NCBI GenBank assembly: GCA_030704615.1 | Contig: CM060732.1 | Coordinates: forward strand, 54,870,001-54,934,000 | Direction of reading: 5' to 3' | From: Takakia lepidozioides | Lineage: Eukaryota > Plantae > Bryophyta | Length of the DNA stretch: 64,000 nt | Shown here: piece by piece, positions 47,381 to 61,433 of the stretch | Layout: every line of letters starts with the position of its first letter | How positions within the stretch are numbered: position 1 is the first letter of the stretch | Program-made: the position numbers and the translations under genes | Notes under the pieces: generated by a model | What the model saw: the letters and a program-made list of their open reading frames with translations, nothing else | Database searches by the model: none | Told to the model about the DNA's origin: nothing

Positions 47381-47542
47381 GTTGGTGTGGTGATCTTAGC
47401 ATTCGATGCTCTTCAATTAGACATGGTGGCATTGTTGCCTCTGCTAGGCCTCTTGCGATTGCGCCAAGTGCTGATGTTTTGAGTCCCGTGGTTCATCTAA
47501 CTTCTCGGAACAATAGTGATAATAATTTCGACGGCCCTGACT

Positions 47543-49760
47543 ATATATATATATGACGCCAACCTAAATAAGAACCTCTTCCCCTTGCGGGTACTGCCCC
47601 TTTCAGAGGTGGGCTCTATCCGAACCGTAACCTGTCACACAATGGCTAGCTGGCCACTTTCAATCTTACGTTTATTGAGGATTAGGGATGTGAGTGATGA
47701 AATAGCCGTGAAATGCAACGCTCGTAGTAGAGGTGTAGTATTTGGGTGGTAGGTTAAGATTATCTTTCAAACCTTGGATATTATGGGTATGAGCACCGCC
47801 CATGACACCCGCAGTGATGACGGTCAGAGGTGCCGTGTTCCAGCCTCTCTGACGGAGGGCATGTATGATTGGGTCATATTTTTCATGTTTGTACATAATT
47901 GATTGATCTAGATTTCGATCATGGCAGAATGCAAATTCCAAAAAATGTATTTTGAGAGATGGAAGCGGTTCTGTCGGTGGCAATGCCTGTATAGGAAGTC
48001 CCTGGACTAGCAAAATATCTGGGCATAGTCTTGCTAGACAAAGGCACGGGTGTCATTGGGAGCATATACACGGTAGCAGCCATGGGGGTATGGTGTGGTC
48101 CGGTGGGCGACCTTGGAATGTGCCTGCATTGATGAGGATAAACCATATGGATTTCCGATGTGTGGAGTTGTCTAACCCCTTGGTTATGTCTGGTTACCCG
48201 CAACCCATGTATTATGGGGTGGTTGCACTGGAGAAGTAAGTGTGGCCATGTATCTATTTGGGGATTTTGGGATGAACATAACACGCAGTGTTTATTGGGG
48301 TATAATAATGGCCACAACAAGTTCCGTCGTTGATTGCCCACGTATTGACCATACCGAAATTTCAAAGTTTGTTTGATTTGTGCATCGGTAACCCTGGGGG
48401 ATGTCCAAAAATGATTGGACATACTATGTAGCAGGTGTGGGGACGAGACCCACTTAGATATATACGAATTTCTGTAGGTGCGGGATTCTTGTATGAGTAG
48501 TTTGGTCTCGCCTTGAATGTGTGTGTGCAGATTCCGTATAGGTGCTATGGTCGGGAATCTAGCCCTTGTTGATATGAGCCAAAACGGGTATGTGTGCGAC
48601 CGGTGGATAGGGCTGGTCGAGGGGTTGATGATTGGCTGAATAGCACCAAGTTGGGCAAGATGGTCTGCTATGTCATTACCTATTATGTCTATGTGAGATC
48701 GAACTTTGTGTATATGGATTTGTAGCGGTAAAGATGATACAACATCGACGATTCCTTTTATAAGTGTAATATCAGGATGGTGAATTTGTGATGATGGCAT
48801 GCAAATTTGGTTGGTGAGAAGGTATAGGGAGACCAAGCTGTCTGTAAATAAATAGTATGTTGAAGTAGGTTGGTAGGGGAGAGACTTGAGAGCATCATGT
48901 ATAGCCATAAGTTCCGCTCGTAGGATATTCTGGCGACCAGGGAGACGGCTATATATTTTGGTATTGGTGCCAACCAAATATATACCATAACCCGCTTGGG
49001 CATCTTTTAAGGAGCCATCAGTATATATGCATTTATGTGGTTGGAATTTTAAGGTTGTGGGTTCCGTGAAATCTGGGAATGGTATAGCAAAGGTTTTTGG
49101 TCTCGCTGCCCAAAGAGGCCTAGGGGTCACATGTCTCCATGGTTTGTCCGGATTGATTCGGGGATATTTGATGGGAATTTGGGTAGGCGGGTGAACCGTG
49201 GCTGTGTGACCAAATAAATGTTTTAGAATCCGGTCCAGTTGATGGTAGAAAGTTATAGGTATTTGTGGGTCTTGTGAGTGGTGTACACATACCAATTTAG
49301 TTAATAACGGTACTGGATATTTCATGTAATTGCGCCACGGCGATGGGGGTTGATAAATGATTGAGCGAGTCTTAAATGTAGCTAACGTGAATACTCCAAG
49401 GGGGTCGGTTAACATTGGGTGTTTAGAGTTGGTATGGTTAGTATTAGGAATAAATAAGATGGTGAATGATTCTGGTGATATATGTGCAGCAATGCGCGCC
49501 CAATGAAGCGCTTCACTGGCAGAGGCGGCATTAGGGGGGTGTGCAAACCCTCGCCCTTGCCATTGGTGGGACCTTGGAGCCCCAGGGATCCAAAGTGCTG
49601 ATCAATGTTGTGTAAGCTCGAGTAAGTAGATAAACCCAATGGGCATATGAGAGGGTTAGAGTAGTATGAGTGAGTGAGTTGCAGCTCCGTGGTGAGGAAG
49701 TCTAGAAGGAGTGTGGGGAGGAGAGAAATTTGTGGGTGTTTGAAAAAAGTGGCGGGTTAA
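47543..49760 (-). mobile_element. 3' part of a non-LTR retrotransposon (RNase H - zinc finger - restriction-like endonuclease; Dualen/RandI-like)
   Basis: IYTDGS...RAELMAI...FTDS...HKVRSH..GNDIADHLA (RNase H), CVLC...HLLLQC, then PDILLV...HFLEFAFC...KHEKY...ITAGVMG (REL-like); (TA)n tail; no RT seen. Confidence 0.75.
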
Positions 49761-49861
49761 CTATCAACCGTCGCTAAATGGCACAAAACTTTTTATTCCC
49801 CGTAAAAACCGTTGTGATCCCTCGGCTATGGAAATTCAAATCCATTGGAAGTGACCGTATA

Positions 49862-52800
49862 TGTCGCGCACCTCACTTCGGTAAGCTCCCCCCTCAAGTC
49901 ATAGTTACTCGCTTGATGCGCGCGCCTAACTCCCAACCTGGCCGCCGGGCCATCTTGGAGCTCCGGCTGCTCACCGGGGCATAACGGTCCCCCTTTGATC
50001 TCCCAAAGAACCCTCCAACGATTTGGAACTAGCGGAATTCCCTTTGGTAGTTGGCAGTCCGGAACAGCTCCCCACTCTTTGGTCGCTTTCCGGCTCGCTC
50101 GCTTACTCATTAGTTTTTGGTCACCAACGGGCTTACACCATTCTCGGGGTTACTACTCCCTATATATACTTCTGTAGCTGTCTGCGGGGGTTTCACAAAC
50201 AACCATGCCATTTTATGGCGAACCACCACGAACACCCTCGACTCCCGGTGATGAGTCGCGGTGAGTCTTGGCCCACCCACCACGGCCCCTATGGACCGTG
50301 ATGAGTCCCAAGACTCCCCACGACTCCCACCACGAGGTCTCCGCCCTAGGGTGAGTCCTATGTCACCCCCACTAAGTCCCGCTAAGCTACCACCACCCCT
50401 TGTGGAGCCACCCCCACCGCAACCCGGTGTGCGGGGCTCCACCTAGTGAGCGCCTCCGCCTCCTTGAGTGCTTTGGACACTCAAGGGTGCTTCAGCCCCC
50501 CATACCTATCGCTGTCACTACCCCCACCACAGGGGCAACCCCTCTTGTGTCCCGATCCCCCTGCCCTCAAGGCAAAGGGCCGCGACACACACCCCTACCA
50601 ACAGGGAGTCGATGTCATCATCGGCTTGTCCATTTTGTGGAAACGAACATCCAAGTTGTGGCGTCCCACATCAAGGAGTTTGTTTCCGTACCATGGCGTC
50701 CCATGGCAAAGAACCAAACCCCACACTTGACTCTACTCTCCACTAGCTAGTTCGGCCGACTTTCTCCAAGTCCCGGCCAAGGGTGGAGCCTCTCAAGCTC
50801 CTCCCAATGCACTCTTCTTGGCCTACTTCAAGGCCAAGGAACGATCCTCCCCGAGGATCGAATCGCCTTACTGCAACAACATTGCTTGCGACCGCTCATG
50901 ATGCCGTTTTTGGCATCACCTTGAGCAAGGGTTCACCTCGAACCCTCTTTGACTAGGAAGATAACCTTGAACCAACCGCGCGCCCCAATCACTACAATTG
51001 GGTCCGCCTTGGAATGCTGGCCTGAGGTACGGGAACACGCCAAAGCCGCACTACGACTTCGTCCCGAGGCTACACGATTATAGTACGTGAACGAAAGCAC
51101 GTAGCTTCCGCGTTAGCCCGCACTACAAAGCAACCCCCTCGGTAGCGCAGTTATAGTATGCGCACGCGCCAGGTGCGCACTAGCACGTGAACTCCTAAAG
51201 AAGGCGCAAGTTTCCTTGCCCCTTGGATGGGAGTCACCCGATTTCGGCACTACGCAAACACACGATTAACCCAATTTACCTCTCCCACTTTTGTAAGCTA
51301 GCATGCATTCTACACACTAGCCAACCACACCATGCATCACCATTCCAAACAAAATAGGAAGCACAACATTTGGAACCCATTTCCTTTATAACAAATTTAT
51401 GTACAATACAAGTTTTTGCAATCGGATTCCTAAACTAGCTAAGCCGGGCTAAGCATGCATTTCCTCCCCCACGCTCCAAGGTTGATGTCCCCATCAACGC
51501 TTCTTCCGCTTTTGAGGTCGCCCTTCAAAAACTGCAACCGCCTCGGATGCGTTTCTCATTTCTGAGGCACGCACCCAAGATGCCTCCACATGATGATAGC
51601 CCTTCCATTTGACGAGATACTCCGTTTCTCGGTTCTTGAACCTCCTCGACTTAAGTACTGCCTCCACCTCGTACTCAGGTTCATTTTCATGGTCCAACAG
51701 CACAGGTGGCGGATGCAACATTTGATGCCGATTCGGACGAGCTTCATCTTTGAAGTAAGGCTTCAAAAGGGAGACGTGGAATACTGGATGCACCTTGCTC
51801 TTTGCCGGCAGCTCCAATTCATACACATCCTCATTCATAACCTTCCGGATGCGAAAGGGTCCCGCATACGGAGGTACGAACTTTGGACTCACTTCCGGAG
51901 GTAGTCGGAAATTCTTGATGTTCAACCAGACCTCCGTGCCTGCCTCAAACTTCACTTCCCTCCGCTTCCGATTCGCCTACCTTTCATACCGTTTCCTAGC
52001 TTTGGCAATGTTGTACTTTGCGAGCTTCAACAAACACTCGCGTTCTTCCAGTACCGCCGCTACTGCCGGTTCCGCTGGGCGGCCCAACTTGTCGGCACCA
52101 GAGGTGCTTTTCCATAGACCAATACGAAAGGGGAAACTCCTGTTGCGGAGTGTTCTGTGTTATTATAACATAACTTTGTCGCGTCTAAGTGTTCCACCCA
52201 GTCTGTTTGGTCTGCCGACACGTAATTCCGCAAGATCTGCTTCACTACGGAATTCACTCTTTCCGTTTGGCCGTCGGTCGTAGGTCGGAAGGCGGTGCTC
52301 ATCTTCAGCCTCGTCCCCATCTTCTTCCAAAGTGCCCTCCAAAATTTACTTGTAAACTTTGGATCGCGGTCCGAGACAATATCCTTCGGGACTCCATGAT
52401 GCTTTAAGACGTGGGCGAAGTAAAGTCACCCTGTTTCCTGTGCCGTTGCCGTCTCCTTGGTGGGGATGAAATGGCCCATTTTACTGAACCTATCCACCAC
52501 CACCATGATTGTATCGAATCCTTTTGACAGCGGCATAGCAGTCATGAAATCCATCGAGACGCTTTCCCAAGTCCCCTCTGGAATCGGCAAGGGTTGTAAC
52601 AGCCCCGCTTGCTTTTTGTACTTGCTCTGGTTTTGTTGGAACTGCGATTTAACCCCCATCCTCAAGTCCTGCATCACGGACTTCGCCAGCTCATCCTTCC
52701 GGCAAGCCTTCCGGATCTTCCTTTGGAGCGCCGTCTCGCCCCTGTACACCAACACGAGCTGTTGCTTTCTACTTAAAGCATCGGCCACCACGTTGTCCCA

Positions 52801-55800
52801 TCCCGGTTTGTACTGGATATCCACGTTGAAAAGTATCTTGCCACCTAAGTTGTTTTGGGGACAACTTGGGCTGCGTGGCAAAATACTTCACCGTGACATT
52901 GTCCGTGAACACCTTCACTGGGTTGGAACCAACATAGTGGCGCCAAAGCTCAAGACAGTGCACCACCGCCTTCATCTCTTTCTCATTCAGTTTCTTACTT
53001 TCGTAAGCCACTGGACGTCCATCTTGCATCAGTACACCCCAATCGCGAAGTCCGACGCATCTGTATGAATCTCGAACGGACGATCGAACTCCGGGATTTT
53101 CAAGACTGGAGCTTCCGCCATCCGCTGCTTCAATTCAGCAAAAGCTTGGCCACAAAAGGTGTTCCATGCCCAGACTTTGGATTTACACAGAAGGTCTGAT
53201 AGCGGCCCCGCGATCTTGGCGAAATTTCTCACATACTTCCGGTAATAGGAGGTGAGTCCTAGGAAGGATCGCACTCCCGGGACCGAAGTCGGAGGCTCCC
53301 AGTCCAAGATTGCCCTCACCTTTTTGTCATCCATTCTGATCCCATCCCGTGTAATCACATGCCCCAGGAACTCCACTTTTGTGACCCCGAATTTGCACTT
53401 TGAAGCTTTGGCATACAGCTTCCTTTCCCGCAATTTCTGGAACACCCTTTTGAGGTGCTCCAGGTGCTTCTCCTTTGTTTTCGAATACACCAAGACGTCG
53501 TCGATGTACACGATCACAAAGTCATCCAACCACTCCTGGAAAAGGCTGTTCATCAGCGTGCTAAAGGTCGCGGGAGCGTTGGTGAGTCCAAAAGGCATCA
53601 CCAAGAACTCATATGAACCATACCTTGTCCTGCACGCGGTCTTCTCCTCATCTCCTTCCGCCACTTGAATTTGATGATAGCCGGAGCGCAGATCGATCCG
53701 GCTGAAATACTTTGCTCCTGCCAACCGATCGAAAAGGTCGTCGATCCTTGGCAAATGGTACCGGTTTTTTATAGTCACCTTATTCAAAGCCCTGTAATCA
53801 ACACACATCCGCAGCGTCCCATCCTTCTTGTCTGCGAATAGCACCGAGGCTCCGTAAGGTGACTTACTCGGCCGGATGTACCCCTTTGACATTAGATCTT
53901 TGAGTTGAGTCTTCAGCTCGACCAACTCTCTGTGGTTCAACCGGTAGGGCGCCCTGGCAGGCGGTTCCGATCCCGGTATCACCTCAATCTTGTGGTCAAC
54001 TCCTCTTCGCGGTGGCAAGCCGCTTGGTAAATCCTCCGGCATCACATCCTGGTATTTCTCCAAAATCCCCTTGATCCAATCTGGGCTCGGCTCCCCATCG
54101 CCTTCTCCCTTCACTTCTCTAATATAGAGCAAAAATTGGGGCTCGTGTGCCTCCTCCACGGCCCACTCCCTTGCTGACAGGAGGTTTATTCGCCCTCCCA
54201 CGGGTTTGGGCGTTTCTGACACTCGTAAGACCTCGCCACCATTCCCACATGGCAGCGTGACTACTCTCTTGCGGCCATCTATGACCGCTCCAGATTTGCT
54301 CAAAAAGGTCATCCCCAAAATGAGATCCACTCCATCGATCTCGCAGATGGTGAAGTTCTCACGTCCCTCCCAACTCCCCAGTTGAAGGGGAACATCAAAC
54401 GCCAACCTTGTCGCCAATTGTGGTTCTCCTTTGGCAGAACGCACCTCAATAGAGGCCCCCACGTCACTTGTCGAGAGTCCCAGCTCTTGTGCCATTGCCG
54501 GTGTCATGAAGGAGTGTGACGCTCCTGTGTCCACCAACAACAACACGTTAGTTCCGGATATTATCCCATCCACGAACAATAACTGACTCCCTTTACGTAA
54601 GGCGCCAGTTTCCTGATACAACTCACAAGAAAATTTGCCTACCTTGCAAGTCCTGGCGACCACCACTTCCACCAAGTGACTGATGGTATCTTCCAACAGC
54701 TCTGTGGTCGCCCGAGTCATGTTCAATTCGTGCACTTCTTGGCCATGTGCCCGGGCTCCCCGCAATTGAAACACACTCCATCAAAGGTCGCCTTCTGTCC
54801 GCCATAGGCCGCTCCACCCGCTTTTCCTTCTGAAGCACCGGGTGCCGCCTTGACTTGTGAAGGCCCTCCCTTCGATTTCCACGTGCCATTGTCGCCGCAT
54901 GGCCTATCCCACTTCTTTTCCGGTCGGAAGGAGTCACCTTCCCGCCGGGTCTTCTTGTGGTTCAGCTCCGTACGGCCTTGTCTTTCACCCTTAGGGACAT
55001 CCGAGAAACATTCACCCTCTCAATTGCCTCGTTCAAAGTCTTAGGTGGTTTCTCCTCCAACTTCCGCCTAGCCCATGGGGCCAGTCCCGCCACAAAGTTG
55101 AAGACCATTTCTGGTTCCGCCATGTCCGCGACTTCGAGCAACAGCACATTGAAAGCCTGGACATATCCCCGAATGTCATCTGTTTGCCTCAAATTCCTCA
55201 TCTTGTCCCGGGCGAGCCAGGACGCGTTGAGGGGCACAAACTGCCTCTTCATCAATTCCTTGAACCCACTCCAGTTCAAGGTTTCCGGGCTTGGACCTCA
55301 GTCGTGAAGCGTTTCTGCCACCATTGTTGAGCATAGCCCCTCAAATAGGTGGGAGCCACTTCCACCCGATCCTCGTCACTCAACTTGGCCACCCGGAAGT
55401 ACTGCTCTAGCTCCAAGAGCCAGGTGTTGAGTGCCTTCCGATTTTGGACGCCCTCAAAGGTGCCGGGTTCCTTAGGCTTCACCTTAAACTTTGCCTTAGT
55501 GGAAGTGGCATTAGCCGCCTTCAACACGTCTTTCAACGTCCCGCCAAATTGCGCCAACAACCCTTCCCAAAAGGCTGCCGGCATGGGAGGCATCTGTTGG
55601 TGGGTCGGAGCTCTCAGGGATTCCTCAGGCTCCGACTCCTCAGATTCCTCCCGCTCTTGAGCGGCCTCGTTTTCAGAAACATGCATCGCTTCCTCAAACG
55701 GCCGCCTCGGTGACATGTCGCCCCCATCAGGCTCACCAGGATCATCATCTTTTGGGCCGTTCCGCTTTCGCTTTGGCTTGCCCGACCCCATGATGAGGCC

Positions 55801-56973
55801 AATCCCAAGGACGATCGCGTATTGAACTCTAAGCTCTGATACCAAGTGTCGCACACCTCACTTCGGTAAGCTCCCCCCTCAAGTCATAGTTACTCGCTTG
55901 ATGCGCGCGCCTAACTCCCAACCTGGCCGCCGGGCCAACTTGGAGCTCCGGCTGCTCACCAGGGCATAACGGTCCCCCTTTGATCTCCCAAAGAACCCTC
56001 CAACGATTTGGAACTAGCGGAATTCCCTCGTAAACTCTTCAGTCAGGGGGCTATGAAGGGCTAGTGCTAGCCCAAGACTGATCGTTGCTACATGAGCTTA
56101 TGACAGAGAACCCCCAAAAAGTGTGATTACTCATAGGGGTTAGGTTGCAAACAAGCATTCTGATTGGTTCAACTAAGAGATGTGATGATTTTGGGCTTCT
56201 CCTTATTGTAGTAAAAATGCAAGGATCTGCCGCACTTGGTACCAAATTGTATCTAATCAGAAAATTGTCAAACTTCGCATTCCAAACTCGTGAAGCCTGC
56301 TTCAGTCCATACATACATTTTTTCAAACTGCATACCAGGTGCTCTGATGTGTCTAGTCCTTTGCGGCTCACATGACTACGAGGGAAATCATTTGGTTACG
56401 GAGACTTATGGGATCCATTCATCCAGAGAAGACACCCATCCACTTCACTGGCAGTCCGGAACAACTCCCCACTCTTTGGTCGCTTTCTTGCTCGCTCGCT
56501 TACTCACTAGTTTTTGGTCACCAACGGGCTTGCACCGTTCTCGGGGTTACTACTCCCTATATATACTTCTGTAGCTGTCTGCGGGGGTTTCAAACAACCA
56601 TGCCATTTTATGGCGAACCACCACGAACACCCTCGACTCCCGGTGATGAGTCGCGGTGAGTCTTGGCCCACCCACCACGGCCCCTATGGACCGTGATGAG
56701 TCCCAAGACTTCGCACGACTCCCACCACAAGGTCTCCGCCCCAAGGTGAGTCCTATGCCACCCCCACTAAGTCCCGCTAAGCTACCACCACCCCCTTGCC
56801 CACCGCAACCCGGTGTGCGGGGCTCCACCTAGTGAGCGCCTCCGCCTCCTTGAGTTCTTTGGGCACTCAAGGGTGTTTCAGCCCCCCATACCTATCGCTG
56901 TCACTGCCCCCACCACAGGGGCAGCCCCTCTTGTGTCCCGATCCCCCTGCCCTCAAGGCAAAGGGCCGCGACA
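49862..56973 (-). mobile_element. Ty3/Gypsy chromovirus copy B (same family as A); LTRs 49862-50587 and 55847-56973
   Basis: 5-bp TSD GTATA on both sides, PBS TGGTATCAGAGC (55833-55844), gag with zinc knuckle, DTG protease, RT YIDD, RNase H, integrase, chromodomain (51494-51690). Confidence 0.97.
56029..56448. mobile_element. Ty1/Copia-derived filler inserted in the 5' LTR of chromovirus B
   Basis: Minus strand LKKCMYGLKQASRVWNAKFDNFL..ADPCIF (Copia RT) and plus strand TTREIIWLRRLMGSI (Copia RNase H); replaces ~8 bp present in the 3' LTR. Confidence 0.85.
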
Positions 56974-57479
56974 GTATAATAGAAGGAGCCAAGCTAACTT
57001 GGTATGGTGATCTGAAGAAAAATCCACCAAAGAAGTTCAGATATTGTGAGCGTGGGACTGACTAGGGTAAAAGTTATTGTTTGGGAGTGGTTTCGGACAC
57101 CCAGTCATTGGAAAAAGACACGATTCCTTCTAGTGCTACCTGCCTTTGCTTTCAAAAGGCTCTAAATCTAATCTTTAGCTCTGACTTCCTTTTCTCCAAG
57201 TTCTCTTAGTTGCTTCCTCCACCTCTCTTTTAGTCACCCCCCCCCCCCCCCCCCCTCCTCCGGCTTTGTCCTATGGTACCTGTGGTTTCAGTAGCTCGTT
57301 TGCTAGTATAATAGGGGAGTTTTCCTGCAGTCAGCCTTCACGGCCTTGGACAGTGGTTATTTCTTCCACTCTTATGGCCTTGATTTTAATTAATTTGATT
57401 AAAAGGGCCTCCGTCCCCTTTCTTTAAAAAAATAAATGCATGGAATTCATGCAAGCCCTGCCGTATAGTAATTATGAAT

Positions 57480-60352
57480 AGGTAGTAAGTCTGGAAGATC
57501 GCATAATTAGTCTATGAATAAATATCAAGGTAATAGGATTTGAGCCCTGGTCTGATTACCAGCTGACCGAGCTGTGGGGGTGAAGATCACCTGACGATTC
57601 TCAACATTCAAACAGGTTAGATCAAAAGTAAGAGTGCATGGAACAAACAATGAAACATAAATGGAGCTAGTTAAGTGAGGAGTAGATCCAGCTAGAAGCA
57701 TGCTGGGGGAGCAAGACATACTGCCTGCCAGGAAGAATATTAGAGATAAGGTAAGGGCCATTTTACGTTTGGCCTTAGATATCTGCTTACCAGGCTCAAA
57801 CAGACCGGCATACCTTGAATGACTTAGAATACACAACACGTTTGTTGTAATTCTTGGCCTGAGCAACTTGGGCAAACACAATGTTAGATTTTGTTGTTTC
57901 ACGCAAACTACGTCATCTAGCATCCATGGAAAGCAAAAAAACTTCCCAATTCTCAGGCTTAGTTGCGGATACCTGCAGCCAGGAGATATGCAAAAGAGTT
58001 CTACATTTCCTACCATACAAAAGTTCAAAAGGTGAGATTTTGGTACTGATATGGATAGAAGTCCTATAGGCAAAGAGCAGAATAGGCACGGCAATATCCC
58101 ATTCATCAATGAGTGTTCCATTCTTCTCGAGCATCTAGCATATAGTTTTGTTAAATCGTTCTGTCAAACCATTGCATTGGGGATTGTAGGGAGCAGTAAC
58201 GGCATGCTTAGTATTGAGATTAAACAAGACAATCTCCATAAGTTGGTTGCAGAACTCCGTACTTTGATCCGTGAGGATTTCAAGAGGGCAACCATGACAA
58301 AGTATCACCTTATTAAAGAAGAACTGCACCACCTCATCACTATCCTTAGCAACCAGAGGTCAGAGCTCAACCCATTTCGTCAGGTAGTCTGTAGCAACCA
58401 CAAGGTATGCATGGCCCTTGGACGTGGATTTAAGGGGTCCGACTAGATCTAAGCCAACCCTGGCAAATGGTTCAGTCACCGGGATTGGCTGCAAAGGTAA
58501 GGGAGCTTCGGTCCTAGGTAGGATGGTTTTAGCATGACAGGGCACACATCTTGCAATGAAAGCTGAGACATCTTTAACTAAGTCTTTCCAGTGATACTGC
58601 TCATGTAATCTCTTGACAATTTTAGCAACCCCCAAATGGCCAGCATAAGTAGAAGCATGGTACAATTCAAGTAAAGCAGGGACAGCGGACCTAGAAGGGA
58701 CTTCCACAGTAGAGGTACCTTCCAAAGCAGTGACTCTGAACAATCTCCCTTCATTTTCGCGGTGGCTAGGTAAGTAATAGTTGACTTGCCTCATGAGCAG
58801 CTTGGATATGTCACTAAGGTGGGTGCCGGTTTTTCACCTATGGAGAAGAGCATCGTATAATGGATCATCCATGCCTACATCACTCATGGCCACACAATAG
58901 CAGGTTGGTGCAAGCGAGAAGAAAGTGGCAGCCCCCGTCCTCTTCCTTTCGTGACCCTGACTTCATTTTCAGTTGGCTGCCTATGAGGAGGCAAGCAGGC
59001 TGTAGGGTGCAGCTCAGTCCCTCGGTCGGGATACAAACCAAGGCAGACGCAAGACAAGATGAACAGTTCTAAGGTAAGGGAAAGTACTAGACCATTCTGC
59101 AGGATGTCAGACTAGAATTCATGCCAATACCAAAGGAAATTCAACCAACATCAAACTGAAGTAGATCCCAAGTGTCAAGCAGATCTGGAGGAACATAAGG
59201 ATAGTCTAGACTCCAGCAAATGACACAAGACAAAGGGATCCGAAACAGGCACAACAGGTGGTGTAGAGCGTGCAGCATGAGGGACTAGGTTATTTAAGGT
59301 AGTGTAAGGTTCAGGGATTTTGGGTTCGCCTCGAGTCAAAGCATCTGCATTAATAGTTATCCTTCCCATGCTTGTAGGAGATGGTGAAGTCATAGCCTTG
59401 CAGTATTAGAGCCCACTGAGCTAATCTGCCAGTGAGTTCATGAGGAGTTAGCAAGTCTTTCAAAGGTAAATGATCAGTTTCAATGGTAAAATGACAACCA
59501 TGTAAATACTACCGAAAATATTTGACTCCAAAGATAACTGCAAGGCCTTCCTTGTCAGTGATAGAGTAATTACGTTCATGTTTATCAAGGTTGCAAGATA
59601 AATGGCAAGGTAAAATCAGGATGAGCAAGCACAAGAGCAAAGGTTAGTGCAATTTTGAGCTTCTCAAAGGCGGATGTTTCAGCAAACCCCACACAAAACG
59701 AGCATCCTTGGATAACAAGCGAGTGAGTGGAACAGCTAGTTTGGCAAATCGAAAAATGAAGCGGCGATATTAAGAACCCAAGCCCAAGAAGGCTTTAATA
59801 CATGTTTTATCTCTAGAGGTTGGATAGTTCCACACAGCCTGGATCTTAGTTGGGTCAGGACTGATGCCAGCAGCAGAAAGCAAACAGCCCAAGAAATGGA
59901 GCTGCTCCATACAAAAATCAAACTTCTTGGCTTTAACTTTAAGGCCGGCTGCACGAAGTCTGCACACAACCCGTTGTAAGTCCAGTAGATGAGCATCAAA
60001 CGTTGTAGAATAAATGTTGACGTCATCAATGTAAACTAAAGCACACTCCCAACGAAGGTTTCCTAAAACAATGTCCATAAGGCGCTGAAATGTAGCAGTG
60101 GCATTGTTTCAAATTGGAAGAGGCCCATCCTACAGGTGAAGGCAGTTTTCTCCTTAGCATCAGCAGTTAAATGAACTTGCCAAAAGCCAGAGGCTAAATC
60201 TAATAAAGAGAAGATAGTGGCCCCATTAAGTTGATCTAGCGTTTCATTAATGTGTGGCAAAGGGTAGACATTTTTCTTTGTGATGGCATTTAAACACCGA
60301 AAGTCAACGCAAAAACGGGTTGAGCCATCCTTCTTACCCACTAAGACAATGG
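57480..60352 (-). mobile_element. Old degenerate Ty3/Gypsy pol remnant (RT, RNase H, integrase)
   Basis: [66 protein letters not shown]; many disablements. Confidence 0.9.
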
Positions 60353-61215
60353 TGTCGAATGGCTTTTACTCAACCATCCCTTCGCTATCCGAGGTGGAAA
60401 CTCCAAGATAGAAGAGTTGGATATCTCTAAGCACTCAGCCCGCTCAGTACTATCAGTCATGACCTGCAGTTAGTGAATCATGGTTGTGCTTCCCATTTGT
60501 ATTCCTTCTTGCCTTCATGTTATCAATTTACCTTATCTGATATTGAAGCATCAGATTGCTTCAGTATCTACTTAGTTCCAGTTAATCATGCATTCATTTC
60601 ACAGCTTCACTCATGTCTCTCTACACAGTGAGATTGTATCGAATAAGTATCAGATTATGATTTATCAGGTATCAGGCCAATGCCATGGTGACTCTAATCC
60701 GCCCTACAGTATCACTACAGCTCTGCATATAATAAGCATCTACTGTTCATCTTTCCTCCTTCTCTGTGCTCTCGTTCTTGCTCTCCGCCTGATCTCCTCT
60801 TCCCATGACCCAGAAGCGCTCCCTGTGAAGTGATCCTCTTTCCGTTGCCGCTCTCCTTATCTGCCCGCAAGCTGTTCTAACCACCACCTACTAACTAGTC
60901 ATCCCTGAAGTAACATGTTCCCCTGCAGATGTCGTTCCCTCACAGTCGTTCCCTGTCAATGATAACTGTTCCCCAAGTACTGTGACAGGCTGTGTCAAGC
61001 TGTGCCGAGCTCTGACTGGCTGTGTAAGGCTGTGTCGGGCTGTGACTGGCTGTGTCAGGCTGTGACTGGTTGTGTTTGGCTGTGTCGGGCTGTATAACCC
61101 CCCTTAAGCCTGCTGCTGCCACCCCTAAGGCTCCTGCTGGTCTCAGTCTGCGCAAAAATTAAGGGTACCCCACAGAACCCGTAAAAGCGTCTAAGTCCCA
61201 AGCAGCCCTCTAACA
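60353..61215 (-). mobile_element. 3' LTR (~860 bp) of another LTR element nested in the RT of the old Gypsy
   Basis: Minus-sense TGTTAG...TCGACA, preceded by PPT AGAGGGGGAGGGGTAAA (61216-61232); host RT frame stops at ~60352. Confidence 0.7.
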
Positions 61216-61433
61216 TTTACCCCTCCCCCTCTCAAAAAGCCGTGTCCTCACGGTTTTACTGTTTGGATTAGCAAACCTTTGTGAGCGAGCACCCTTCTAA
61301 CGGTGAGAGTCTCGTGAAGGACTCCGTGTGCGAGCCCAAGTCCTGTCACTGGTAGACAGAGATGATTGAGCACTACCAAGAAATGTCTGACCCTCCGTTG
61401 GCTGATAACGAGGTAACCTCTCAGGCATAGGAG

